Shown one piece after another: positions 9,233 to 17,617 of a stretch of 64,000 bases of DNA; position 1 is the stretch's first letter, and each line of letters begins with the position of its first letter. Under the pieces are notes generated by a model. The model saw only the letters and a list, made by a program, of their open reading frames with translations, ran no database searches and was not told where the DNA came from. Location: NCBI GenBank assembly GCA_937888365.1, contig CALBFA010000041.1, forward strand, positions 1,689-65,688. Reading direction: 5' to 3'. The DNA comes from an uncultured Fidelibacterota bacterium. Lineage in GTDB: Bacteria; Fidelibacterota; UBA8477; JABMPR01. The translations under genes were made by a program, and so were the position numbers.

Positions 9233-9262
9233 TTGACTACGAATAATATTCTGTTAGTATCT
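9233..9262 (+). promoter_or_regulatory. Candidate sigma70-like promoter for the Abi gene (TTGACT-N16-TAGTAT)
   Basis: Read from sequence; speculative. Confidence 0.25.
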
Positions 9263-9333
9263 AAGGTAATAAGACTTGCCACGCTTCTCGTTAGATCAGC
9301 GCACCCGGGCAAGTTTTCTTTTTATATAGCCTT

Positions 9334-10236
9334 ATGAGATATCGAAAACCTCCTCTATCAATAGCTGAACAGGTCAATACTTTGAAAAGTAGAGGTCTTA
9401 TTATTTCAGATGAGAAAAGGGCAAAACATTATCTGTCCTATATCAGTTTGTATCGTTTTAGAGCATATAAATTCGCGTATCAAGATAATAGCAATCCTAA
9501 GCATCCATTTTACCCAGAGAGTACTTTCGAGAAGGTATTAAACACCTATTTATTTGATAGAAAGCTACGCGTCCTTGTTTTTGATGCTCTTGAGAGAATT
9601 GAAATTGCATTCAGAGCACAAATTATTCATATCTATTCCATAAAACATGGAGCTAACTGGTTTGAGAATGCGTTATTATTCCGTAAACAGCATTTATTTG
9701 AACGTGATACAACATTGATTGACAAAGAACTTAGGCGGTCTAACGAAGTCTTTATTAAGCATTATAAAAAAACCTATACAGACCCTGTACAACCCCCAGC
9801 ATGGATGACTCTAGAGGTAACAGGTTTGGGGTTGTTGTCCAAAATTTTTGAAAATTTAAAAATTAGTAATGAGAAAAAAACTATTGCAAGAAACTTTAAT
9901 TTAGGACACCCATTTATACTTGAAAATTGGATGCATTCTTTAACAGTGATTCGAAATATCTGTGCTCACCATGGGCGACTTTGGAATAGGGAAAGTACCG
10001 CTAGAATGACATTCCCAAATAATACCCGAGATGTTTGGCTTAGCAATAGCGATATTCATAAAGGGAAAATGTTCCTCGTTTTAAGCAGTATTCTTCACCT
10101 GTTAAATACAATTATTCTAGGTAATCATTTTAAAGAAAAACTCATAGCACTTATAAAAGAACACCCCGATATTTCTTTGAGACAAATGGGGTTTCCAAAT
10201 GGTTGGGAAAATGAAAATCTTTGGCTCAACAAATAA
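9334..10236 (+). CDS. Abi_2 family abortive-infection protein (AbiD/AbiF-like)
   Basis: 300 aa; N-terminal ...LSIAEQVNTLKSRGLIISDEKRAKHYLSYISLYRFRAYKF... is the hallmark start of Abi_2 proteins; AT-rich gene. Confidence 0.7.
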   Translation: MRYRKPPLSIAEQVNTLKSRGLIISDEKRAKHYLSYISLYRFRAYKFAYQDNSNPKHPFYPESTFEKVLNTYLFDRKLRVLVFDALERIEIAFRAQIIHIYSIKHGANWFENALLFRKQHLFERDTTLIDKELRRSNEVFIKHYKKTYTDPVQPPAWMTLEVTGLGLLSKIFENLKISNEKKTIARNFNLGHPFILENWMHSLTVIRNICAHHGRLWNRESTARMTFPNNTRDVWLSNSDIHKGKMFLVLSSILHLLNTIILGNHFKEKLIALIKEHPDISLRQMGFPNGWENENLWLNK

Positions 10237-10334
10237 AAAAATTGGTATTGTTAGATCTTTTGAATAACTAGGAGTACATAAGGCACTATAGTTGCGTTTA
10301 TTTATTTAATGAATTTTAAGGAGAAAAAATAAAT

Positions 10335-11699
10335 ATGTCAAATCGAATTGTACGAATTGCAAATGGTCAAGGATTCTGGGGCGATAGTATTGAAGCGCCT
10401 GTCCAACTTGTAGAAGGTGGAGGCATTGATTATCTGACGCTGGATTATCTAGCAGAAGTCACAATGTCTATCATGCAGCGTCAAAAAGAGAAAAATCCCG
10501 AGGCGGGGTATGCGCGGGACTTTGTGGAACTTATCGATAGGATTTTACCTCAGTTGATGGAAAAAAATATTAAAGTCATCGCGAATGCTGGCGGCGTCAA
10601 TTCACCCGCCGCAGCAAAGGCTTTGCTGAAAGTCGCTGAAAAGCATAATATCAGTGGCTTGAAAATTGGTATTATTGTAGGCGACGATATCCTGTATTCA
10701 ATTGATGACTTACAGGCAAAAGGAGCAACCTTCGCGAATATGGAGAATGGTGAGAACTTTAGCGACATCAAAGATAAAGTCAAATCGGCCAACGTTTATA
10801 TCGGTGCAGAGCCCATTGCAAAAGCTTTGGATATGGGCGCGCATATTGTCCTGGCGGGTCGCGTTACTGATCCAGCGCTCGCGTTGGGGCCGATGATTCA
10901 TGAATTTGGATGGAAAATGGACGATTTTCATCGCTTGGCCATGGGAACCCTTGCGGGACACATCACCGAATGTGGCGCTCAATGTACAGGCGGAAATTAC
11001 TCTCGCTGGTGGGACATTAAAGATTATGCTGGAATCGGTTATCCTGTCATTGAAATCGAGGAAAGCGGCGAGTTCGTCATCACAAAACAAAAAGGTACAG
11101 GCGGTATTGTTAATTTGATGTCTATTTCGGAGCAATTGCTTTACGAAATGGGCGATCCCAATAATTATATTTCTCCTGATGTAGTCGTCGATTTTACGGG
11201 TGTTAAAATTAAGGAAGACGGCGAGAATCGCGTGAAAGCAATGGATGTTAATGGCATCGAACCCACCGAATTTTACAAGGTATCGCTAAGTTATTTTGCG
11301 GGCTATAAAGCTTCGGGACAATTAACAGTTTCGGGACCGCGCGCCCTTGATAAAGCGAAATTAGTCGCCGAAATTATCTGGGAACGCCTTAAACGAGCAG
11401 GGTATTCTTTCGAAGAAACATCCACCGAGTTCTTAGGAGTATCGCCTTGCGACATGGAGCATCCACCCAAAGAGTTTGAAGTGAATGGCATTGTCTTGCG
11501 CTTAGGCGTACGTGACGAAGATCGTGACAAAGTCGTCCGGTTTAGCAAAGAAATCGCTCCCGTCATCACGAGCGGTCCGCCAGGAATAACGGGTTTTGCA
11601 GGCGGACGTCCGAAACCTCAAGAAATTATCGCATATTGGCCAGCGTTGATTCCCAAAACTTTGATTAAAACATCTGTCCATATTGTGGAGGAAAAATGA
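10335..11699 (+). CDS. AtuA-family protein (DUF1446, acyclic terpene utilization AtuA-like)
   Basis: 454 aa, N-terminal ...RIANGQGFWGDS...DYLTLDYLAEVTMSI... family pattern; AAGGAG upstream. Confidence 0.7.
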   Translation: MSNRIVRIANGQGFWGDSIEAPVQLVEGGGIDYLTLDYLAEVTMSIMQRQKEKNPEAGYARDFVELIDRILPQLMEKNIKVIANAGGVNSPAAAKALLKVAEKHNISGLKIGIIVGDDILYSIDDLQAKGATFANMENGENFSDIKDKVKSANVYIGAEPIAKALDMGAHIVLAGRVTDPALALGPMIHEFGWKMDDFHRLAMGTLAGHITECGAQCTGGNYSRWWDIKDYAGIGYPVIEIEESGEFVITKQKGTGGIVNLMSISEQLLYEMGDPNNYISPDVVVDFTGVKIKEDGENRVKAMDVNGIEPTEFYKVSLSYFAGYKASGQLTVSGPRALDKAKLVAEIIWERLKRAGYSFEETSTEFLGVSPCDMEHPPKEFEVNGIVLRLGVRDEDRDKVVRFSKEIAPVITSGPPGITGFAGGRPKPQEIIAYWPALIPKTLIKTSVHIVEEK

Positions 11700-12016
11700 A
11701 AACCGTAAAATTGTACGACATTGCTCACGCTCGATCTGGAGACAAAGGACCAAATTCGAATACAGGTGTTATCTTTTATAAAAAATCAGATTATGAATTT
11801 GTAAAATCCCAATTAACGACTGAAAAGATTAAGGCACATTTTGGTGGCATCGTTCGAGGCGAGATTATTAAATATGAATTGCCTAATTTGAATGCGTTGA
11901 ATTTTATTCTTAAAGATTCATTGGGCGGCGGGGGGTCCGAATCGCTTATTAATGATGCTCAAGGCAAAACGCATGGACAAATGATGCTCATGATGGATGT
12001 CGAGATTGAGGAATAA
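11696..12016 (+). CDS. DUF4387 small protein (usual partner of AtuA-family genes)
   Basis: 106 aa, ATGA overlap with the AtuA-like gene; conserved pairing. Confidence 0.55.
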   Translation: MKTVKLYDIAHARSGDKGPNSNTGVIFYKKSDYEFVKSQLTTEKIKAHFGGIVRGEIIKYELPNLNALNFILKDSLGGGGSESLINDAQGKTHGQMMLMMDVEIEE

Positions 12017-12095
12017 TTAAAAAGTATGTGGAAGTCCACGACTTAAGTTGTGGGTTGCTTTAATAAACTACTAAGTAAAGAAAAGTATAAAACGT

Positions 12096-12881
12096 ATGAC
12101 TAAGCATAAATTCAAATTTCTAAAACTCGATTTTCATGAACATAAAATCCGTGTCCTTCTCAATCGTCCACCTGTCAATGCGCTGAGCATTACCATGATT
12201 GAAGAGCTTCGGCAATGCGCCGAATGGATTTCAGGAGAATCGAACATTTGGCTCGTTTCGTTGTCATCATCAGGGAAAATCTTTTGCGCTGGAGCCGATT
12301 TAAAAGAGCGCGTGACTATTCCTGAAGACAAAATCGACGAAGTTGTGCATGGGATTCGAACTATGACAAAAGCATGGGCTAATTTGCCTCAAGTTGTCCT
12401 TATGGGCATTAATGGAATGGCGTTCGGCGGAGGTTTGGAGCTTGCATTGGCAGGTGATCTTATCGCAATCAATGAAAATGCCCTCATCGGATTACCCGAA
12501 ACATCTCTGGGTATTATCCCTGGCGCAGGTGGAACGCAACGACTTTCCAGACGAACGACGTTAGCCACAGCGAAGAAATGGATTTTTACAGCCAGTAAAT
12601 TCGAGGCAAACGAAGCGCTCAAAGATGGCGTTGTAGATTTCGTATTCCCTGGAGCGACATTTGAAAATGATTTCGACGGACTCATCGATAGGGTTTTTAA
12701 TAATGCACCTCAAGCATTAAAAGCGGCAAAATTCGCATTAAATAGAGGGTTCGATACAGACATCAAAACAGGATTGGACATCGAAAGAGAAGCCTACAAA
12801 TCATTGATTCAAACGGAAGACAGAGTAGAAGCACTACGCGCATTTAAAGAAAAAAGGAAAGCTAACTGGTCGGGTCGCTAA
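12096..12881 (+). CDS. Enoyl-CoA hydratase/isomerase (crotonase) family protein
   Basis: 261 aa; crotonase motifs (CAGADL, GGGLELAL, oxyanion-hole context). Confidence 0.8.
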   Translation: MTKHKFKFLKLDFHEHKIRVLLNRPPVNALSITMIEELRQCAEWISGESNIWLVSLSSSGKIFCAGADLKERVTIPEDKIDEVVHGIRTMTKAWANLPQVVLMGINGMAFGGGLELALAGDLIAINENALIGLPETSLGIIPGAGGTQRLSRRTTLATAKKWIFTASKFEANEALKDGVVDFVFPGATFENDFDGLIDRVFNNAPQALKAAKFALNRGFDTDIKTGLDIEREAYKSLIQTEDRVEALRAFKEKRKANWSGR

Positions 12882-12884
12882 GTT

Positions 12885-13424
12885 ATGAAACCACTATTTA
12901 AAACAATTTATCATTGGAGTTTGGATAAAAAACAGACTCGCAATGTGTTTGCGGCTTTCATATTATTTACGATTGTATTGCATTTTATGGATACGATGAT
13001 TCGTTTAAACACAGGCGGTTGGGGCATTGTCGATATGCAACTCTCATTTAAGGCTGAAAAATTTTATATGATTTTAGAGAAGATGCGAATCTCTGGACTC
13101 GGGCTCGTTTTCATGAGTTTCGCCATCGACTTTATTTACCCAATCATCTATGCTGTTGCGCTTATTATGTTAATGATGAAAGCCATCACCGAATCTGAAA
13201 ATGATGTTTTAAATTGGAAATTCAAAATTCCCTTTTTTATCGCTGGACTTGACTATGTCGAAAATATTTCGCATCTGTCTTTAATTAAATTGTCGCCACA
13301 ACAATTTCCTGATGTCGTTCTTGTTACATCATGGATTGCCTCAATAAAATGGAGTTTTGCAATATTACTTCTACTTTGGTCTATAATTTCTTATAGTTTA
13401 AAGAAGATGGATGCGCAGAAATAA
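12885..13424 (+). CDS. Hypothetical multi-pass membrane protein
   Basis: 179-aa ORF with several hydrophobic segments; no recognizable family. Confidence 0.35.
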   Translation: MKPLFKTIYHWSLDKKQTRNVFAAFILFTIVLHFMDTMIRLNTGGWGIVDMQLSFKAEKFYMILEKMRISGLGLVFMSFAIDFIYPIIYAVALIMLMMKAITESENDVLNWKFKIPFFIAGLDYVENISHLSLIKLSPQQFPDVVLVTSWIASIKWSFAILLLLWSIISYSLKKMDAQK

Positions 13425-13438
13425 GAAGGAGTTTTATT

Positions 13439-14038
13439 ATGATTGAAAGACGGATTAAACCCGACCCAAACTATTACACCGCTCAACGTTATATTCTTAC
13501 GGTAGTCTCTCTAGTACTCGTTTTAATGGCATCAATTGCCCACTTTATAATTTACCTGACAGTTGCCCGACAAGAGCCATTAATTATTATTTGGAGTTTT
13601 GCGTTTGTAATAATTTTTATTCTATGGATTGTTATATATCCGCTTATCCGCTTGTGGATTAATAATTTGGAATACATTATTTTTGATGACAGAATCACGA
13701 TTCATAAAGGGATTTTAACGAAAACGGAGCAAAATATTCCCCATCGTTCTGTCACCGATTTTATTCTAAAAAGAGGTCCTTTTGACAGGATGCTTGGAAT
13801 CGGGACAATCAGCATCCAAACGGCGGGACAATCGGCTCCAGCGAGTACGTACGAAGGGAATCTTGCTGGGATTTTAAACTATGCATCATTGCATCAGGAT
13901 TTAAAAGAACGAATGCGATCGATACATTCGCAAGACGAGTTTACGAAACAAACGGAATCCGTCGAATCAACCGACAATCAAGTCCTTTCTCAAATTTTGG
14001 AAGAAATAAAAGACTTACATAACGATTTAAAGGATTAA
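13439..14038 (+). CDS. Membrane protein with bacterial PH domain (bPH_2, YdbS/YdbT-like)
   Basis: Two N-terminal TM helices followed by ...ITIHKGILTKTEQNIPHRSVTDFILKRGPFDRMLGIGTISIQTAG (bPH_2 pattern). Confidence 0.55.
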   Translation: MIERRIKPDPNYYTAQRYILTVVSLVLVLMASIAHFIIYLTVARQEPLIIIWSFAFVIIFILWIVIYPLIRLWINNLEYIIFDDRITIHKGILTKTEQNIPHRSVTDFILKRGPFDRMLGIGTISIQTAGQSAPASTYEGNLAGILNYASLHQDLKERMRSIHSQDEFTKQTESVESTDNQVLSQILEEIKDLHNDLKD

Positions 14039-14110
14039 TCCTCTATACAAGAATATTTCGACTATACTAAAATTTCATTGTTATAGTCATCAAATAAGGA
14101 GTAGAAATAA

Positions 14111-14956
14111 ATGATAGATTGGTGGCAACATTTGCCCTCTCATATGGATCCGACGATTTTTACAATCGGAAATTTTCCCCTCAGGTGGTATGGCACGATG
14201 TACATTCTTGCGTTTTTTACATCATTTTTGGTAGTTTCCTATATTATAAAAAAAGAGAAATTACCCTACAATGCTGATTTTATTAGTGATGCCTTTACCT
14301 GGGGAATTATCGGCGTTTTGTTAGGTGGACGCTTTGGATATGTCCTTTTCTATGGATTTGATAGTTTTATTCATGACCCAATTTCTATCATTATGCCGTT
14401 TAAAAAAATATATGGCGAATGGCGATTTACAGGTATTTCAGGTATGTCCTACCATGGCGGCGTTTCTGGTGTGATGATCGCTTGGGCTCTCTATGCTCGG
14501 AAACACAAGATGCCTTTTCTTAAATTAACAGATTTATTTGTCGCTGGGAATGCGCTGGGATTTACTTGGGGTCGCATCGGGAATTTTATCAATGGCGAAT
14601 TGTATGGCCGCATTACGAACAGTTCAATCGGAATGTATTTTCCCAATGCGGGTGATGGCTTATTGCGCCACCCAAGCCAACTTTACGAAGGCTTTTTTGA
14701 AGGATTTGCATTGTTTGTCATACTCTGGTTTGTGCGTAAAAAAATTACATCGACAGGCTTTTTAAGTGGTTTATATATTTTTGGATATGGTTTTTTTAGG
14801 TTCTTTATCGAATATTTCCGACAACCTGATGCTCATTTAGGATTTGTATTTATGAACTTTTCCATGGGTCAAATGCTTTGCTTGGCGATGATGATGGGTG
14901 CCGTTATTATTTGGATCTATTCCAAAAAGGAATATGGATTGACGATTCAAAAATGA
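14111..14956 (+). CDS. lgt: Prolipoprotein diacylglyceryl transferase
   Basis: 281 aa, Lgt signature GRIGNFINGELYG and YHGG motif. Confidence 0.85.
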   Translation: MIDWWQHLPSHMDPTIFTIGNFPLRWYGTMYILAFFTSFLVVSYIIKKEKLPYNADFISDAFTWGIIGVLLGGRFGYVLFYGFDSFIHDPISIIMPFKKIYGEWRFTGISGMSYHGGVSGVMIAWALYARKHKMPFLKLTDLFVAGNALGFTWGRIGNFINGELYGRITNSSIGMYFPNAGDGLLRHPSQLYEGFFEGFALFVILWFVRKKITSTGFLSGLYIFGYGFFRFFIEYFRQPDAHLGFVFMNFSMGQMLCLAMMMGAVIIWIYSKKEYGLTIQK

Positions 14957-16695
14957 CTTTATTAATATCGTCTATCATTGCGCTGATAATAGGACCTGTC
15001 ATTGCACAACTTTTTCGATCTAAAGAATATTTCAAGGATTTATTAGATGGCTTCATTCTCACAAGTATTGGAGGATTAATCCTATGGCATCTATTACCAG
15101 AAGCTTTTGAAGAAATTGGTCTATGGGCCATTTTGATTTTTTTGCTTGGTGCAGTATTACCGGGTCTATTGGAAAGAGGCTACCACAATCTCGAAAGATC
15201 CGCCCATTTAATGGCCGTGTTGATGGCTTTGGGCGGTATTTTTACGCATACTATACTGGACGGAATAGCGTTTTCGAAAGCCTCGGTTGTGCATGGAAGT
15301 GGACAACAATTGGCGTTCGCCGTGATTGCACATCGCTTACCTGTTGGACTTTTGATTTATTGGGCCATTAAACCTTTCTGGGGTTACAAAGGTATTTTCA
15401 ATGTGCTTCTGGTTATGTCGTTGGGAACCATCCTGGGCTATTCTATTTTCACCTTCGATGTTATGCAAGGAAGCCATGGGATTATTGGATATTTTCAAGC
15501 CCTCGTAACGGGATCGCTGTTTCATGTCGTTATTCATAAACCTTTTCATTCACATGGAAGTCATGAAAATCACTCAGAAAACGAAGATGAACATCATAGT
15601 AAATTGGCTGAAATCATTGGTGGATTACTGGGTTTAGGGATTCTTTATTTAATATCCATCAACTTGCATGTGGTCGAAGAACATAAAGCACACACATTTT
15701 TCCCCCTGTTTTCGCAATTATTTCTCAAAAGTTCGCCAGCATTGTTAGTTGGATTTTCGTTTGCGGCATTTTTAGGCGCGTTTGTTTCACCAAAAAGTTT
15801 TTCCTGGCTGACAAAAGGCAAAACCATTACGAGAATTTTAAAAGGTGTTGGTATTGGTTTACCACTGCCTATTTGTTCCTGTGGCGTTATACCCCTCTAC
15901 AAAAGTTTAATCAAACGCGGCGTCCCAATCGGTGCTGCCATGGCATTTTTAATTGCGACACCCGAATTAGGTATCGATGCATTTTTTCTGAGTCTTCCTT
16001 TGTTAGGCGTTAAAATGGCCTTCGCCCGTATTTTTGCGGCATTTTTCGTGGCTGTATTTGTTGGATGGCTTATGGAAAAATTATTCCCTAATGGCTCCAT
16101 GATTGAAATGCCTCTAATAGGTAATCAGAAACAAGTGGCTGAGTCAAAATTTCGTAAGTTTTGGCGCATATTTAATTTTGAACTTATGGACGAACTTATC
16201 CCATGGATTTTATTCGGTCTCGTATTAGCCACCGTTGCTGATCCGTTGTTAGAGCATATTGATTGGAAAAATATACCAAATGGTTTGGATGTTGTTTTGA
16301 TGACATTGATTGGTATGCCACTTTATATTTGTGCCAGTGGCGCAACACCTCTTGCAGCTGTTTTTCTCTGGAATGGTGTTTCGCCAGGTGCTATTTTGGC
16401 TTTTTTAATTACAGGTCCTGCTACGAATATCACGACATTTGGCGTACTTAAAAATATCCATGGACGCAAAATCGCTACCGTTTTTCCTATCATCATTGTC
16501 GTAACGGCAATTGCTATCGGGCTTTTTGTGAATGCCACAGTTAGTTTTGATGCGATGAAACCTATTATGATTGAGGAACAAACCAATTCATGGATAGAAT
16601 ATGCAAGTGCCTTTGTTCTGACGCTTTTTATTTTAGGTTCTCTAAAACGTTTGGGATTCCGCGGTATGACGGATTCCATTTTAGAAATGAACTAG
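14953..16695 (+). CDS. Putative metal-ion transporter: ZIP-like N-terminal membrane domain with His-rich loop fused to DUF318/ArsP-type CxC permease domain
   Basis: Start ATG overlaps lgt stop (ATGA); His-rich HKPFHSHGSHENHSENEDEHHS loop; PICSCGVIPLY permease motif in C-terminal half. Confidence 0.5.
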   Translation: MTLLISSIIALIIGPVIAQLFRSKEYFKDLLDGFILTSIGGLILWHLLPEAFEEIGLWAILIFLLGAVLPGLLERGYHNLERSAHLMAVLMALGGIFTHTILDGIAFSKASVVHGSGQQLAFAVIAHRLPVGLLIYWAIKPFWGYKGIFNVLLVMSLGTILGYSIFTFDVMQGSHGIIGYFQALVTGSLFHVVIHKPFHSHGSHENHSENEDEHHSKLAEIIGGLLGLGILYLISINLHVVEEHKAHTFFPLFSQLFLKSSPALLVGFSFAAFLGAFVSPKSFSWLTKGKTITRILKGVGIGLPLPICSCGVIPLYKSLIKRGVPIGAAMAFLIATPELGIDAFFLSLPLLGVKMAFARIFAAFFVAVFVGWLMEKLFPNGSMIEMPLIGNQKQVAESKFRKFWRIFNFELMDELIPWILFGLVLATVADPLLEHIDWKNIPNGLDVVLMTLIGMPLYICASGATPLAAVFLWNGVSPGAILAFLITGPATNITTFGVLKNIHGRKIATVFPIIIVVTAIAIGLFVNATVSFDAMKPIMIEEQTNSWIEYASAFVLTLFILGSLKRLGFRGMTDSILEMN

Positions 16696-16705
16696 GAGAA
16701 TTGAG

Positions 16706-17611
16706 ATGAGAATACTTTTACTCGGCGGCGGTTCTTCAGGCGAACACAACGTCTCTCGAAAATCTGCCGCTGCTATGGAAAAAGGATTGTCCCAAGCCGG
16801 ACATCAAGTCGATTTAGTCATCATAAAAAATGAAAAAGAAGCGCTACAACTGTGGGATTCAAGAGATTATGATTTCATGATGCTGGGACTTCACGGAAAA
16901 AATTCGGAAGATGGCTATTTGCAAAACCTTTTAGAATCGCGCGGTATTCCGTTTTCAGGCGCGAGTTCTGTCTCGAGCAAAAATGCTTTTTTTAAATCCA
17001 AAACGAAACAGATGATGCGGAAATCTGGAATTTTAACGGCAGATTGGGAACTTTTTAAACACGTACCTGGTGAGGATTTGCCCATAACCAAATTATCGAT
17101 ACCATATGTCATTAAACCTGACAATGATGGATCCACACTTGGTTTAAGTATTATCAAAAATGAAGAATCACTGACAAATGCAAAAGCAATATCAGGGGAA
17201 TACGAATATTTACTCTACGAAAAATTTATTTTTGGAAGAGAATTAACGGTTTCAGTAATTGGCCAACACGCCTTACCAATCGTTGAAATTTTTCCAGGGC
17301 ATGAACTTTATGACTATGAATCAAAATATACGTCTGGAATGAGTCAGTATGTTTGCCCGGCGGATTTATCGGATGACATCACTGAAGACATTCAAAAAAT
17401 CGCACTAAAAGTGATGAAAGCGGTTGGTGTTGAAGTTTATGGTCGTGTCGATTTCCGACTTGATGAAGAGAACAATGCCTATTGTTTAGAAGTAAATACG
17501 CTCCCTGGCATGACAGAGACATCATTATTCCCGAAAGCAGCGAAAGCCCATGGCATGAGTTTTAGTGATTTATTAGACGAGATTGTAACCTTAAGTTTAG
17601 AAAAGTCATAA
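16706..17611 (+). CDS. ddl: D-alanine--D-alanine ligase
   Basis: 301 aa ATP-grasp, MRILLLGGGSSGEHNVS N-terminus. Confidence 0.85.
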   Translation: MRILLLGGGSSGEHNVSRKSAAAMEKGLSQAGHQVDLVIIKNEKEALQLWDSRDYDFMMLGLHGKNSEDGYLQNLLESRGIPFSGASSVSSKNAFFKSKTKQMMRKSGILTADWELFKHVPGEDLPITKLSIPYVIKPDNDGSTLGLSIIKNEESLTNAKAISGEYEYLLYEKFIFGRELTVSVIGQHALPIVEIFPGHELYDYESKYTSGMSQYVCPADLSDDITEDIQKIALKVMKAVGVEVYGRVDFRLDEENNAYCLEVNTLPGMTETSLFPKAAKAHGMSFSDLLDEIVTLSLEKS

Positions 17612-17617
17612 CAAAAG

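Noticed and set aside
9110-9337. 75-aa ORF across repeat copy B and the Abi upstream region
   Set aside because: Starts at TTG inside the duplicated carboxyltransferase 3' end; low-complexity; more likely non-coding promoter/attachment-site DNA.
7609-10236. Search for an integrase, transposase or recombinase that could explain the two target-duplicating insertions
   Set aside because: No ORF in or near either insertion resembles a tyrosine/serine recombinase or DDE transposase. The only nuclease is the GIY-YIG protein, so mobility is inferred from repeats only.
14878-14952. Extension of the transporter ORF into lgt
   Set aside because: Start at 14953 gives an ATGA overlap with the lgt stop and begins directly with a TM helix.
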